Source of the DNA: Paramoeba atlantica
Lineage: Eukaryota > Protista > Discosea
Assembly: GCA_977017575.1 (NCBI GenBank)
Contig: CDRNVI010000062.1
Coordinates: forward strand, 76,250 to 140,249
DNA: 64,000 nt
Direction: 5' to 3'
Shown: positions 1 through 10,530 of the stretch, piece by piece
Position numbering within the stretch: position 1 is the stretch's first letter
Layout: each line of letters opens with the position of its first letter
Position numbers and translations under genes: made by a program
Notes under the pieces: model-generated
What the model was told of the DNA's origin: nothing
Database searches by the model: none
Seen by the model: the letters and a program-made list of their open reading frames with translations, nothing else

Positions 1-725
1 ATGACCTCATAGGGGTCGAGACACGGGAGACGCATCTCACTTTTGGTCTCGAGTTTCCGAGGGGGAATGGATAGCGATCCCCGGTAATCGAGAGTCCCCG
101 GGAGGACCACCCGATTGGCCTCACAAAACGGGCTTGCGATTCGCCGTTGGTGGGTATGGATGGTAGTCTCGAGATCGAGAATAAGATATTTTTTATATTT
201 TTTGAGGGTATCCTTTTCCCGTTGCAGGCGGGAGGGATGGGACAGGATGGATTGAATTTGATTCAACACGTTTTGAGCCGCCGCGTCGTCGCGGATTTGA
301 CGAAAAGAGCGGAAAGGGGAGTTATTGTTTTTGGGGTTGTGCGTTGTAGGATTGTCCTTTGTAGGATAATCATCATTGTTTTGAGGGCTATCGCTTTCTT
401 TTTTCTTTTCATTATTATTAACATTCTTCTCTTCTTTGTTTTCTTTATTTTGGAATGAAAAAGCCGAGTTTGGGGTAGAAAAAGATAAAAATGATTTTTG
501 AGATGATGAGTTTTCTTGAGGAGAAGATTTTTGTGCTTCGAGCAAAGCAGGGGTGAGAGAAAAGGGTGAGAGGGAGCGTGAGGAGTAGAGCCGGCAGGAA
601 ACCAAAAAAGGGGCAGGTGGAGCTGGGAGAGAAGAGGTGAAGGTATTTGAGGATAAAGGAAGAGATGTGAGGACGCGAAAAATAGGACAAGGCAAGTGGC
701 AAGAGAGTGAGGTAAGCGGCGTCAT
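1..725 (-). CDS. Mitochondrial (kinetoplast) DNA polymerase I-like protein of the PolIB/IC/ID group, probably POLID; N-terminal part only, continues past the left edge
   Basis: Manual translation of the minus frame from ATG 725 is open to base 1. It starts with an S/L/R-rich presequence-like segment (MTPLTSLSCHL...CRLYSSRS) and an Asn/Lys-rich linker. Then comes KYLILDLETTIHTHQRRIASPFCEANRVVLPG (ExoI DxET) and RLPCLDPYEV, the lead-in to ExoII, as in phage-related family-A polymerase exonuclease domains. Confidence 0.85.
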   Translation of the reverse strand, partial: MTPLTSLSCHLPCPIFRVLTSLPLSSNTFTSSLPAPPAPFLVSCRLYSSRSLSPFSLTPALLEAQKSSPQENSSSQKSFLSFSTPNSAFSFQNKENKEEKNVNNNEKKKESDSPQNNDDYPTKDNPTTHNPKNNNSPFRSFRQIRDDAAAQNVLNQIQSILSHPSRLQREKDTLKKYKKYLILDLETTIHTHQRRIASPFCEANRVVLPGTLDYRGSLSIPPRKLETKSEMRLPCLDPYEV

Positions 726-840
726 GGGAAAGGTAGAAAAAAGAAAACAAAAAGGAAATTTTGAGGATTCAAAAAGATTGTGGACGAGATCATGTAAAAA
801 AAGAATAGGGAATAAAAAGAAAAGAAAAAAAATGAATATT
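726..840 (-). promoter_or_regulatory. Polypyrimidine tract (trans-splicing signal) upstream of the polymerase gene
   Basis: A/G-rich on the + strand (U/C-rich on the sense strand) directly upstream of ATG 725. Confidence 0.55.
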
Positions 841-980
841 GTGAAAACAATTCGATCTTTTCTTTCGACATTAGATTACAAAATTTACCTTACTCCATCC
901 GCCCTATCCCTTTTTCTTCACTCTTTTACCTCTTTTCTCCTTTTTCCTACACCTTTTTCTTTCTCCTTTGTTTGTTTTCC

Positions 981-1352
981 CTACGCATCCGCCACAAACA
1001 CCTCCACATCCACCCCCCGTGGGATGTTAATCGCGGTGATGTGCTTCACCATCTCCTGCACGCAGCGCAGGTCAATCACCCGCTTGTGGACGCGCATCTG
1101 GAAGTGATCCCAGGTATTCGTGCCCTCCCCACAGGGGCTCTTCCGGGTCGTGATGCGCAGCGTGCGGGTGGGCATGCGCACGGGGCCCCGGACCCGGATG
1201 TCGCGCTCGCGGGCCCCGTTGACGAGCTCCCCGCAGGTTTTCTCCAGCGCCGCGGGGTCCTTGGCGGTGAGCGTGACGCGAATTTTGTGCTCGTTCTCCC
1301 GACGAACGGGGTGGGAGGGGGCTGCGGGTTTCTTGGTCGCCAGCGTGTCCAT
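981..1352 (-). CDS. RPS20: 40S ribosomal protein S20 (uS10)
   Basis: KIRVTLT...[40 protein letters not shown] is the canonical eukaryotic uS10 signature; intronless, GC-rich codons. Confidence 0.98.
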   Translation of the reverse strand: MDTLATKKPAAPSHPVRRENEHKIRVTLTAKDPAALEKTCGELVNGARERDIRVRGPVRMPTRTLRITTRKSPCGEGTNTWDHFQMRVHKRVIDLRCVQEMVKHITAINIPRGVDVEVFVADA

Positions 1353-1500
1353 GATTTTATGGGGGTAGAAGTGGAGAAGATAGGAAGAAAAATGTTTTGT
1401 TTTGATTTCGTTTTTTTTGTTAAAATCTTGTTTAAATGTGAAAGAGATGGTGGAAATAGGAAAAGAGAAAGAAAAATATAAATTAGAAACGAAAAGGAGA
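1353..1500 (-). promoter_or_regulatory. Polypyrimidine tract upstream of RPS20
   Basis: Purine-rich + strand (gtagaagtggagaagataggaagaaaaa...) immediately 5' of the ATG. Confidence 0.5.
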
Positions 1501-1639
1501 AAAATGGTGGGTATTTGAAGCTACAGAGGGGGGGGGCTCTCATTGTGTGACTTTGATTCGCGCTCACGTATTCTTCAAATGAAGTCGAAGTGGGAAATGC
1601 GGAAGAGGTGGCGTGCGTCTACGTAGCGTATCGAAGGCA

Positions 1640-3109
1640 TCACCGTTTCTGAATTCCAGTGGAGTCAATAAGAAATGTCCTTTTCATTTCATATGAAGAA
1701 GAAAACAAGTTTTTGCGACGTAGCCCTTTGGGCATCCTTGATGGATCATACGAGCCTTTCAATTGGGGATTCTGCGAGAGATCAAGTTTATTTAATTTCG
1801 CCGGCAAATCGTCGAGATGGACCACTCCGTCAAATAGATTCAGTGAAAAATTGAGCTGCAACAAAAATAAAGGCAAATGAATGAGATTGAGGGCCCCGGA
1901 CACCAGGTTGGAATTCGCATAGTGTTTGTAGGGAATTCGGGAGCCGATCTAACGCAATTGAACCCTCCAGCTGATTACAAGAGACGCTTGTTTTATCATG
2001 CACTTATAGTGCAGAGATTTACTCACCATGTCCTTATCCCGCATACGACGGGTGGATCATGTGAGGTTTCGTCCTCGCCGGAGGTGTGCGGGTGCAGAGA
2101 GCTGGCGTCCCAGGTGCAGAGAGCTCGGTTGTCATGTGCAGGTGCAGAGAGCCGGATGCGTAATCCCCATATTACAGTTTCGGGGGCAATCCGGGTGCAG
2201 AGAGCTGCGACAGAGCCGAGGTGCGGAGAGCTGGGCGACCGCCAGGTGCAGAGAACCGAGTCTCGTCGGCGGAGGACACGTCTAGTGGTCCTCAAGGGAG
2301 GCCACCGTGACGCATGTCCCTCTCGGAGAGGAAAAAGACAAGTCGAAAAAAGCCGAGAGGGGGAAGCACACTCACTCCAGGGGAGTGAGTCGGGGAGGGG
2401 TGAAAGCGCGTCCCCTGCTTCAGCGACAAGAGGGACAGTTCCGACCTTAGTGCCGGCCGGCAACGGGCATAAAAATACAGTAAGAGTATGCCCGTTGCCG
2501 GGGAAAGAAAGGATTAACTAAGGAAAAAGTACCAACAAGGTACAGAAACAAATGCGAAAGGGAGGAGGGCAGATCGATGAGAACCAAATTCCCGGTAAAA
2601 CGATTCGAATTGAGCCGTAAAATATGAAGGATTGTGGGTAAGTGGGTGAGATCCAAGCTCCCCTCCAACTGGTTATCGGACACGGACAATTCGATTAATA
2701 GTTCTGGGAGTGTATCCATAGATAGGTTCCCTGTAAATTGATTGATGCAGGCTTTTAAAGAAAGGGGTTTATGCGGTAAATGCTCCAAATGGAGATTTCC
2801 AGAGAGCTGGTGTCCCATCAAGTATAGCCGAGAAAGAGTAGGAGGGAGATTTTTCCAATGTAGGACGCCCCGCATGGCGTAGGCATTCCGGGAATCCCAA
2901 TATAAATCGGTGACGTATCCACTATCGGAACATTTCACGTTCATCCAGGAACACGCAGGAATGTGTACACTCCACGAGACATGGGGATTCTCGATCTCTT
3001 GGATAAATGCGGCAAGTTCGTACTCTTGGGGTAGGGAGGCTCTGAGTTTTCCAAGGCGTGCGGAAGTTTGATACGTATCTTCGAGGAAAACGAACGGAAA
3101 AGACATCAT
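1640..3109 (-). pseudogene. Leucine-rich-repeat protein gene, interrupted by an insertion of about 480 bp and frameshifted (or two adjacent broken copies)
   Basis: LPxxLxxLxLxxNxLxGxLxL repeats in ORF 2447-3109 resume at about 2010 (SVSCNQLEGSIALDRLPNSLQTL) and in ORF 1640-1903; N-terminal WxxVKCxD...W cap shared with the LRR at 12848. Confidence 0.75.
2025..2505. repeat. GC-rich insertion with six GGTGCAGAGAGC motifs and two hairpins
   Basis: Motif at about 2093, 2112, 2140, 2193, 2220 and 2245; stem ACTCACTCC/GGAGTGAGT at about 2370; 15-bp stem CCGGCAACGGGCATA...TATGCCCGTTGCCGG at about 2457-2501. Confidence 0.6.
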
Positions 3110-3701
3110 ACAAGTAAATAACTTCTAAAGAAATTTAATTGTCAAATAAAATGTACAATCGCATTCAATAATCCTTGATCACCTAAAAAATCAATGTTAA
3201 TTTTTTAGTACTTTTAGTATTTTTTAAATTTCTCTAAGATTGTTTCTTAAGAATGAATAAGGATTAATTCTCAAAAACTTAAAAATAAATCTATCAAAAA
3301 GAGTTAGAAAAATACATACATGTACGTAACATGACATACAAATACATGTGTATAAAAAAGGAATGCCAATGGTATATCCTTCTCTCTACATAAACATTCT
3401 CTCTACATAAACCAGCCGTCATACAGATATAGTCCAGTCGTCATTCACAGATGCGCAACGTTGAATCATTTTAAAGATGAAGAATGCACGATTAAGAACG
3501 CACACCTCGCAGTAGAAAAAATAAATTGTTTAACGGATGATTGGTTGGTATTCAGGAAATGTTTGCTTCACGAAATGAAGCAAACAACTTTGTATCAGAA
3601 CAATACGCAGTCTACTGTATCGTACAAACATACCACCCGAGAAATAATTTTTTCTTTCTTAGTCTTGCGCGTCCGAGTAAATGTCTCACATATTCCTTGA
3701 A

Positions 3702-4205
3702 TTAATGCCTTTCCTTCATCAATTCTTCAATGAATGCCCTGCCCTTCTGACGGCGGCGTTTTACCTCATCTGAAAGCTCCTGATATTGTTTGGCTGTAAG
3801 CAGCTTATATTTGGCAGATATTTTCTTTTGCACAGCTCGGAAACAAGCCCTCGGATTCTTGTGGTTTCCCTTCTCCGCTTTATATATCGCTGTCATGAAC
3901 ATTTTTACAAACAAAGAGTATGGAGTAATTCGCGCACAATTCACCCGAGCTTTAAGCGCTTTTTTTCGCTTCATATTCTCGGCAGCAGTCTTACTGAAGG
4001 ACTGGACTTGAGAAGGAGATAATTTTTTAAAAGCGGCATGTGCTCCGGCGAGATTTGGGTATCCCTTTTTACCTTTGCAAAACTTTGCTATAAATACACG
4101 CAGCGCACTTGTCGGGGCCGACTTCCCAGCCCACGGTTTCTTGATAACTTTAAGACGAAGCTTTGCGATGTTCTTGGCGAGCTTTGGAAATACACGAGCA
4201 AACAT
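3702..4205 (-). CDS. Basic tandem HMG-box-like protein, kinetoplast-associated protein (KAP)-like, copy 1 (167 aa)
   Basis: MFARVFP presequence-like start; two degenerate HMG-like repeats (PTSALRVF...AFKKLSP; PYSLFVK...KISAKYKLL); Lys/Arg/Ala-rich; the ATG that aligns with the paralogues is at 4205. Confidence 0.8.
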   Translation of the reverse strand: MFARVFPKLAKNIAKLRLKVIKKPWAGKSAPTSALRVFIAKFCKGKKGYPNLAGAHAAFKKLSPSQVQSFSKTAAENMKRKKALKARVNCARITPYSLFVKMFMTAIYKAEKGNHKNPRACFRAVQKKISAKYKLLTAKQYQELSDEVKRRRQKGRAFIEELMKERH

Positions 4206-4425
4206 TAGAGGTGGAAATACAATAAAAAGGAGAAATAGAACTGCGTTCAAGAAAGAAGACTTAACTTAGTGTAACATGAGACCTTCTTAAAAAGTACGAA
4301 CAGATTACAATGTACGATGTACTGAAGTTATGAGATTGCTGTGACATCTATGATTTCTTCTACTGGCGATCCTATCGATAATGAAGAGCTACCTTTCTTA
4401 GACTAGTGCGGTTCTAGTTACAAAA

Positions 4426-4719
4426 CATGTTCCAGGATTATTTCCAGGATTTATACCTAGTAGGTATACTAAGTAGGTACGGTATACTAAATTTTCTTTA
4501 AAAAGCAAAAAATTAAAATTTTTCGCGCCGCTTCGCGGAGCTTTCCTTCTCTGTAGTTGCTAGAAAAAAGGTGCCTTGGTCTTCAAATAAGATTTCTTAG
4601 CTGGGGCTTGCTAGAAAAGTTACTCTGTCGCTTCTAAAAATGTGACGTCTCTCGCTTCTGTTGTGTTGAGGGGGGCGTAGGTATTCTAAGTGGGCATGGG
4701 TATACTATCCTGGAACACG
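4426..4719. mobile_element. Small non-autonomous inverted-repeat element (TGTTCCAGGAT family)
   Basis: CATGTTCCAGGAT...ATCCTGGAACACG ends; the same terminal motif recurs at 17009-17116 and 22381-22420. Confidence 0.5.
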
Positions 4720-4754
4720 GCTTAAGAAACCTTAAGCCTGTACTCATACCTACA

Positions 4755-5580
4755 TAGTAAAAGTCACAATTCTGAGAATCACTAAAAATGAGAATTGGGC
4801 TGTCAACGTGCAACTAGGAAAAATGAGAATGTTATTAAAAAATGAGAATGCGTCTCTGCATGACCATGTTAACGTGCAACTCCATTTGAGAATCAAAAAT
4901 GAGAAAGGCCAAAAAAGTTTCATACAGCTTCTGCACTTCCTCTTTATACCTAATATATTACTCCCCCCATATCCTAGCGTTGCCTCGTTTGCCTTCAGTG
5001 GAAAGGCGTACCGTTGCTGAGACAGGAAAAGAATTTATACGACTTGCAGCGGCCACGGTTCTTGGAAAAGGGGGGCTTCGAATGATGTACTTGCTTATCG
5101 GCCTACGATTTTCCAGGGAATGTTCAAACACAGAGATAATAATTCGAAAATCGTAATTTAATGAGACTTATAGCTAAAGCGTATAACAACATGGGATTAA
5201 TAAATTGATGAAATCACTAAAAAAATCATGAAGATAAAATTCGGGAAAAAATGAATTTCACTGTCTCATATTCACTCTCTTTCCATAGAGTTCTTCTTGG
5301 GCTTCGCTAGGTTCATTAACAAAGTTGTCGACGTCAATGAGGACGTGCTGCTGCAGAGGGTTTTTATTTATATTCTTCCATGTACCTCCCTTTTTTGTGG
5401 CTACCATTTTTTTTTTAGAAAAAAGCAAATCAGTAAAAATGAGAATCCATTCAATTTCTACCAAAAAAGTGCTGACAACGTGCAACAGGTCAATTCTGAG
5501 AATTGTGACGAAAATTTGCAAAAGTGCTTTTTTACGCGGCAATGTGCAACTGACCATTCTCAGAATTGTGACTTTTACTG
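4755..5580. mobile_element. MITE, CAGTAAA family (diverged copy)
   Basis: TIRs (T)AGTAAAAGTCACAATTCTGAGAAT / ATTCTCAGAATTGTGACTTTTACTG; subterminal AAAATGAGAAT repeats shared with 8233 and 17932. Confidence 0.75.
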
Positions 5581-5762
5581 CAATTCATCGATGACTTTGG
5601 AAGGACGGAATTATCAAGCTGGCCACAAAGCTGGCCCCTTGTTGTCGTGCAGAAACAATGCTCGTAATCCTCCGCGGGGACAGTCGAAAATATCTCTGCC
5701 CGAAAAAAGGCAAAATTTTCGAAGAAAAAAGTGTTCGCTTATTCAAGCCCTTTTAGTCCATT

Positions 5763-7610
5763 TCATTCTTCCAACATACATGTATACAGCATCGTGTCGT
5801 GCCTTGTGCTTAACCCCGAAGCGCCCCGAAATGAAGTCACCGTAAGGTTTTGCCACACGATAGAACCGTAATTATCGGGTATCTCACCCTTTAAGAGCCG
5901 AGACACCTCAGGGCGAGAATGCAAGGGACCCCATATCGTTAACGGAACCCGTACATCCAAAACAGACACGTTTTGAAACTCCACCTCCTCTGTCCTATTC
6001 CCATCATGAGGGAGAGGGGAGGAGGTGCTGTTTTCATTGTTCTTTCCATTACTCCCCTTCTCGTTGTCTACGGGTGGGACCAGCCACACCCGGGAGAGCA
6101 GTACTTCCCGTCCATCCCGAGTACGTATGAGCTCCCCGACAACGGAGACACACGCGACGACGGCCTCCACACTCACCACAGTCCCCGAGGGGATCTGGGA
6201 GAGTTTGTACAGCGCCGTGAGCTCGTCCACGTTTTGTTCTTTTTCATTTTCGTTTTGTGTAAATTCATTTTGTATAAATATTTTATTTCGGTATTTTTCC
6301 CCCCGGGAGTGGGCGAGTCGTTTGTTGTGGGAAGCCTTTTTATTCTTTTCCCCCATAGGACTCCAAAACCGTTTTTCGGGAAAGAATTTATTCTTTTTAT
6401 TCTCAAGAACAAACCGTCCCGAGGAGGGGTCAACCTCCCAATGGTTGCCATGAGCATCCGTGAGAACTATATTGATTAAAGAAGTCGAAGTCGAAGACTC
6501 AGCGTCTTCTTCTTCTTCTCCTTTTTGTTGTGCAAACAAAAGAGAGTGAATGGAGGCGTTTTGTCGAAACCAATTCGCACAGGTAAAAGGTACGAATTCT
6601 GGTGTTTCATTTCTGGGATTTGCTCCTCCCAAAAGAGCCCAACAAGGGGCAGGGGTCGCTACCCCGGGTGTCATCCTCGAGGAGATCACCCAGTGGTTGT
6701 GGGACTCGAAAAGGCTGCGCTCGTCGAGGGCGAGTATCAAAAGTACGGGGTGATACTCACTTTTAGAAAACTCTTTTTTTTGTGACTCGAGGTCGTTTTC
6801 TATTCTTTTGTTGGTTTCGATATCGGGTTCGTTTTCGACCCCTTTGAATTGCTTCCCCCACGCGGTGTGCTCTGGAGAGCTGATCTCACGGTAGAGCAGC
6901 ACCGCGTGGGTGATGGTGAGAACAGTGCCAATGGCAATCACCTCACAGGCGGTGATGAATTTCGTGCTTAACGAGGCGCACAGAAGTGCGTCACAGCCGC
7001 AGCAGCCGTCCCACAGGGTGAGACGATACCGCAACTCGGGTTCTGTTTTTATTTTGATTTGTTTAATGTCTACAACTTGTAGCGTGATGGGGTGAATCGG
7101 GGAGGGGTAGAGGGCAAGGAGGTGAACCGTACCGCCTGCAGCCTCCGCTTCAGGCAGACATGCCTCGTGGTTGTCCGAAGTGACGGAGAGTTGCGGAGCG
7201 CGACACGATTTTCTCAGGTAGGTGGTTTCGCGCAAGCACAGGTTGTGATATTTCTCAACGAGGTCCATTACTTGACTTACAAATGCGTAACATGACGCGA
7301 GGTAATCTTTATAGATATCAAGGCTTCCTGATTTTCGGTGTTTCGTGGAATCCATATTCGAAATTTTACTTTTCGCCGAGTGGGCAGAATCTTTCTCGGT
7401 AGTGATTTTGCGTTCGAAGAAACTGGAAGTATGAAGTCGTTGGAGAACACCTTGCACAAGGTAAAGCACTGGTGCGATTGAGACGGATCGAGGTTCTGAC
7501 CAGATAAATGGATCGTCCGCATTTTCCGCAGCAACTGAATCTTCTGCTTTATCAGAGAGAGTGATGTGATGGTGTGTGACACAATGAGCAAGACAAGGAG
7601 TAAGGCTCAT
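5763..7610 (-). CDS. RPA1-like multi-OB-fold protein (615 aa)
   Basis: LQVVDIKQI...RYRLTLWDG...IGTVLTI resembles the RPA70N OB fold; the C-terminal VVACVSVVGELIRTRDGRE...VPLTIWG...VTSFRG resembles an ssDNA-binding OB fold; long intact ORF co-oriented with host genes. Confidence 0.6.
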   Translation of the reverse strand: MSLTPCLAHCVTHHHITLSDKAEDSVAAENADDPFIWSEPRSVSIAPVLYLVQGVLQRLHTSSFFERKITTEKDSAHSAKSKISNMDSTKHRKSGSLDIYKDYLASCYAFVSQVMDLVEKYHNLCLRETTYLRKSCRAPQLSVTSDNHEACLPEAEAAGGTVHLLALYPSPIHPITLQVVDIKQIKIKTEPELRYRLTLWDGCCGCDALLCASLSTKFITACEVIAIGTVLTITHAVLLYREISSPEHTAWGKQFKGVENEPDIETNKRIENDLESQKKEFSKSEYHPVLLILALDERSLFESHNHWVISSRMTPGVATPAPCWALLGGANPRNETPEFVPFTCANWFRQNASIHSLLFAQQKGEEEEDAESSTSTSLINIVLTDAHGNHWEVDPSSGRFVLENKKNKFFPEKRFWSPMGEKNKKASHNKRLAHSRGEKYRNKIFIQNEFTQNENEKEQNVDELTALYKLSQIPSGTVVSVEAVVACVSVVGELIRTRDGREVLLSRVWLVPPVDNEKGSNGKNNENSTSSPLPHDGNRTEEVEFQNVSVLDVRVPLTIWGPLHSRPEVSRLLKGEIPDNYGSIVWQNLTVTSFRGASGLSTRHDTMLYTCMLEE

Positions 7611-8232
7611 AACACAGTCATAATATACGATTTAGGTTGTATGCAAACGAAAAAAGGAAACAAATTTTACGCAAAAGAGTGTGAGAGTGTGAGGGAGAAA
7701 AAATATTTCAAAGTTGGCCACGTTATACAAATTTTGTGCGCCCTATATTTTCGTACCCACCCCCGTAAACGGGAGTACAACTAATGTACAGGACCTGTAC
7801 ATTACAGGGCCCTGTTACGTTACATGTATGAAATTCCGGTAATTCGTTTTTTGAGTACTCAACGAAGATACCCAACCCAAAAAATAATTTTCATTGCACT
7901 GTACTAAGTGTTCTGCCTTTTAAACTAAATACCTGTATAACAATTGACCTCTCTGACATTAATTTCTTTGTTGGCTGTATTTTCTGTTTTCTTAAGGTGT
8001 ATGTTCGACTACGACCTTACTCCGAGCAACGATGAATACGTGGATGACGATCCCGATTCTTCTGATTCCGAGAGGTACTTGACTTTGAGAAAGTGGGTGG
8101 CTTGCTCTATTCAAGAAGCGTTCCGCATGCCATTAAGGTCGGAAACTTCAGTGGAGTTTTTACGTACACATGAGTAACGCCGAAAAGAACGCAACCAAGT
8201 ACTCCCCTGAGCGACGGCCTCCACCGGTACTA

Positions 8233-9274
8233 CAGTAAACGTCACTATTCTGAGAGTCGCTAAAAATGAGAATTGGACTGTCAACGTACAACTGGCTAAA
8301 ATGAGAATGCACCTTGGAAAATGAGAATGGAGCTTCGGTCATGTGTCAACGTTCAATTCAATTTTACACTCAAAAGTGAGAATTGAAAAACAACGCTTTC
8401 GTTCTCTCACTGATTAACTCACTGCTTCATCTTCACTAACTGGAGAGTATGCGAGAGATCGGTGGAAATCACTGGGGATACCGTATACTCCCCCAGTAAT
8501 GGACCCCCCAGTAGCAGAGATTTCGCCATTTTTGGGCCGACACACAGTAACAAGGATTTGTCTCGGGAGGGTGGTTGGAGGGGGGGTGTCTGGACAGGAT
8601 GAGGGTGGTTGTGCAGTAGCGAATCGCGTGGTTTCTGGGTTGGCTGTACAGAAAATCAACGCACTCATGAACGAAAAAGGCCTTTGCCCACCGAAAAAGC
8701 ATACCCCACCCAGTAACAAGGATTTGGCCTTTATGGTCCAAAATCGATTCTATTACTGGGGGGGTATAGGTAGGTGGAGATAGATGGGGATCACAGGGGA
8801 TCACTGCAGATCATTTTTATCGTTGTCCCTTCTCTTCTTCCATTCATGAAAGGCACACAAATATCTTAGTGAGACCAAAAAAGAAAAGAAAACACTGATT
8901 TAGGTGACTACAAGTAATGAAACTTTGTTTTTCTGAAAACAAAACGCTAATACACAAAAGGAAAACTTGTGCTGTTTGACTGCGCGGTGTTCTTCTGATG
9001 AAGAAGAACTCCTTGGTTCTGCAAACCAAGGAGATAGTGGGAGATCTCTGGGGGTCATTTTTGTGCACCCAAAGCGGCCTGCTGCTCCGCTGCTAATATT
9101 TTTCTTGCAAAACGTTTTCTTTTTTAAAAATGAGAATTATGATTTGACCTCATAAAAAAGTGCCTGTCAACGTTCAACAGACCAATTCTGAGAATAGTGA
9201 CGAAAAACGACAAAAAAGCCGTTTTTTCTGTGTCAACGTACAACTGAGCATTCTGAGAATAGTGACGTTTACTG
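8233..9274. mobile_element. TA-flanked MITE, CAGTAAACGTCAC family (Tc1/mariner-type ends)
   Basis: TA-CAGTAAACGTCACTATTCT...AGAATAGTGACGTTTACTG-TA; near-identical reversed copy at 17932-18835. Confidence 0.85.
8481..8770. mobile_element. TA-flanked MITE (CCGTATACCCCCCAGTAAT family) nested in the 8233 MITE
   Basis: TA-CCGTATACTCCCCCAGTAAT...ATTACTGGGGGGGTATAGG-TA; further copies at about 18347-18620 (ends lost) and 48251-48564. Confidence 0.85.
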
Positions 9275-10530
9275 TAATCCAGCGAATGGAAGACAACATC
9301 GTTGCTTTGTGCGCTGGGTAGATGAGCCTGCGACTGCGCCAACTCTCTGATCCGGAAAGCAACGTTCTCAAATCCTTGTGCAACGTCCCCGTGGATGAGA
9401 ACATGTTGCTGCACGGTCTTGTGCTCTTGACAAAGTCCCGGGACACGGGTTTTCTCTTTTTCAAGGACGTGGAGTAAAGGTGGAAGAGGTGCCCGGGCAT
9501 GGGCGGTGGACGCAATCGACTCAGACATGGTCGCTGAGCTTCGCTGATGCTTCAACCGACGTCATCGCTGGTCACATGAAAAATTTCCTGAAGTAAAAAT
9601 ATGGAGGATTTTATAAGGACACGAATCAGGATCGCGAAGTTTTGGCCCATTGGTTCAAGACCATGTGGCTATAGTTGCGTGACAGCAATGTCCAAGATGG
9701 CAAAGTTCACTGGGACCGGAACAAGAAATTGAAGGAGGAAGTGGAAGAAAGTAGTACGCGCACTGAAAGCATCGTGTGTGCGCTGGTGGGTGGATCGCCC
9801 CCAATATTACAGGGACTCTATTGAAGAACTGAATCAAAGCGATCCCCGAGTTCTCAAGCGGAAGTCCCGTGGGACGCACTCCTGTAAATTTTACTAAGAA
9901 GATCATGAGGATCAAGAAGCCATTCAGCAATACCGAGTGCATGTTAAAACATCCATACACCCCCGTTCATGCCATATTGTTACAGTTTTCCTGGACGTAT
10001 GAGGTGCGCTAAAGGGGAAATAATGTCTGTTTTGAAGAGATCTCGGCAGGGGCTCCCGAGGAAAAATATTGCAAGCAACTGAAATATCGCATTGTGGAAT
10101 CTTGTGTCGACCTAAAAAGTTTATTTTGACTGAACTTGTGGAACCTTCTGTCGACCTAAAAAGTCAATTTTGACGGAAACTTTTGTTGGAGAAGACGGAA
10201 AGGATGAGTCAGAAGAGGAGCATATTTCTACAACTTCTACAATCTATTAAGATGAGACGGTCAGCGCCAGTACCACCTGAAAGATGACTGTTCCAGAGAA
10301 GGCCACAAGGAGCTCCCGACCATTCTTTCCCATGCTGAGTGTGTCCGGCATCAGTGAAATTTAAAAATTTGATTATAAAAATAAATAAATCTTTCTTAAA
10401 TACGGATCTTACTATCATACAAAGGTAGCTACTATAATCTATCTATTTATCTCACGAAGGAAATACCAAAAGGGATTGTATCCTTTTCCCCTCCCACATA
10501 ATGCCCATACACTGTGCTAATGTTAAAAAG

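Larger units (their letters stand above)
7983..10100 (+). pseudogene. Decayed coding-like sequence of unknown product, split by the MITE at 8233
   Basis: A protein-like frame (MFDYDLTPSNDEY...) resumes after the MITE (IQRMEDNIVAL...LRQLSDPESNVLKSL...) with many stops; no family recognised. Confidence 0.3.

Noticed and set aside
147-1567. ORFs 147-458, 445-750, 637-1107, 972-1481, 1076-1567 and 1120-1368 as genes
   Set aside because: They are antisense or alternative-frame shadows of the polymerase and RPS20 genes and their low-complexity tracts.
2090-2260. CRISPR-like repeat-spacer array
   Set aside because: Repeats are only about 12 nt, spacers vary from about 7 to 40 nt, there are no cas genes, and the context is eukaryotic.
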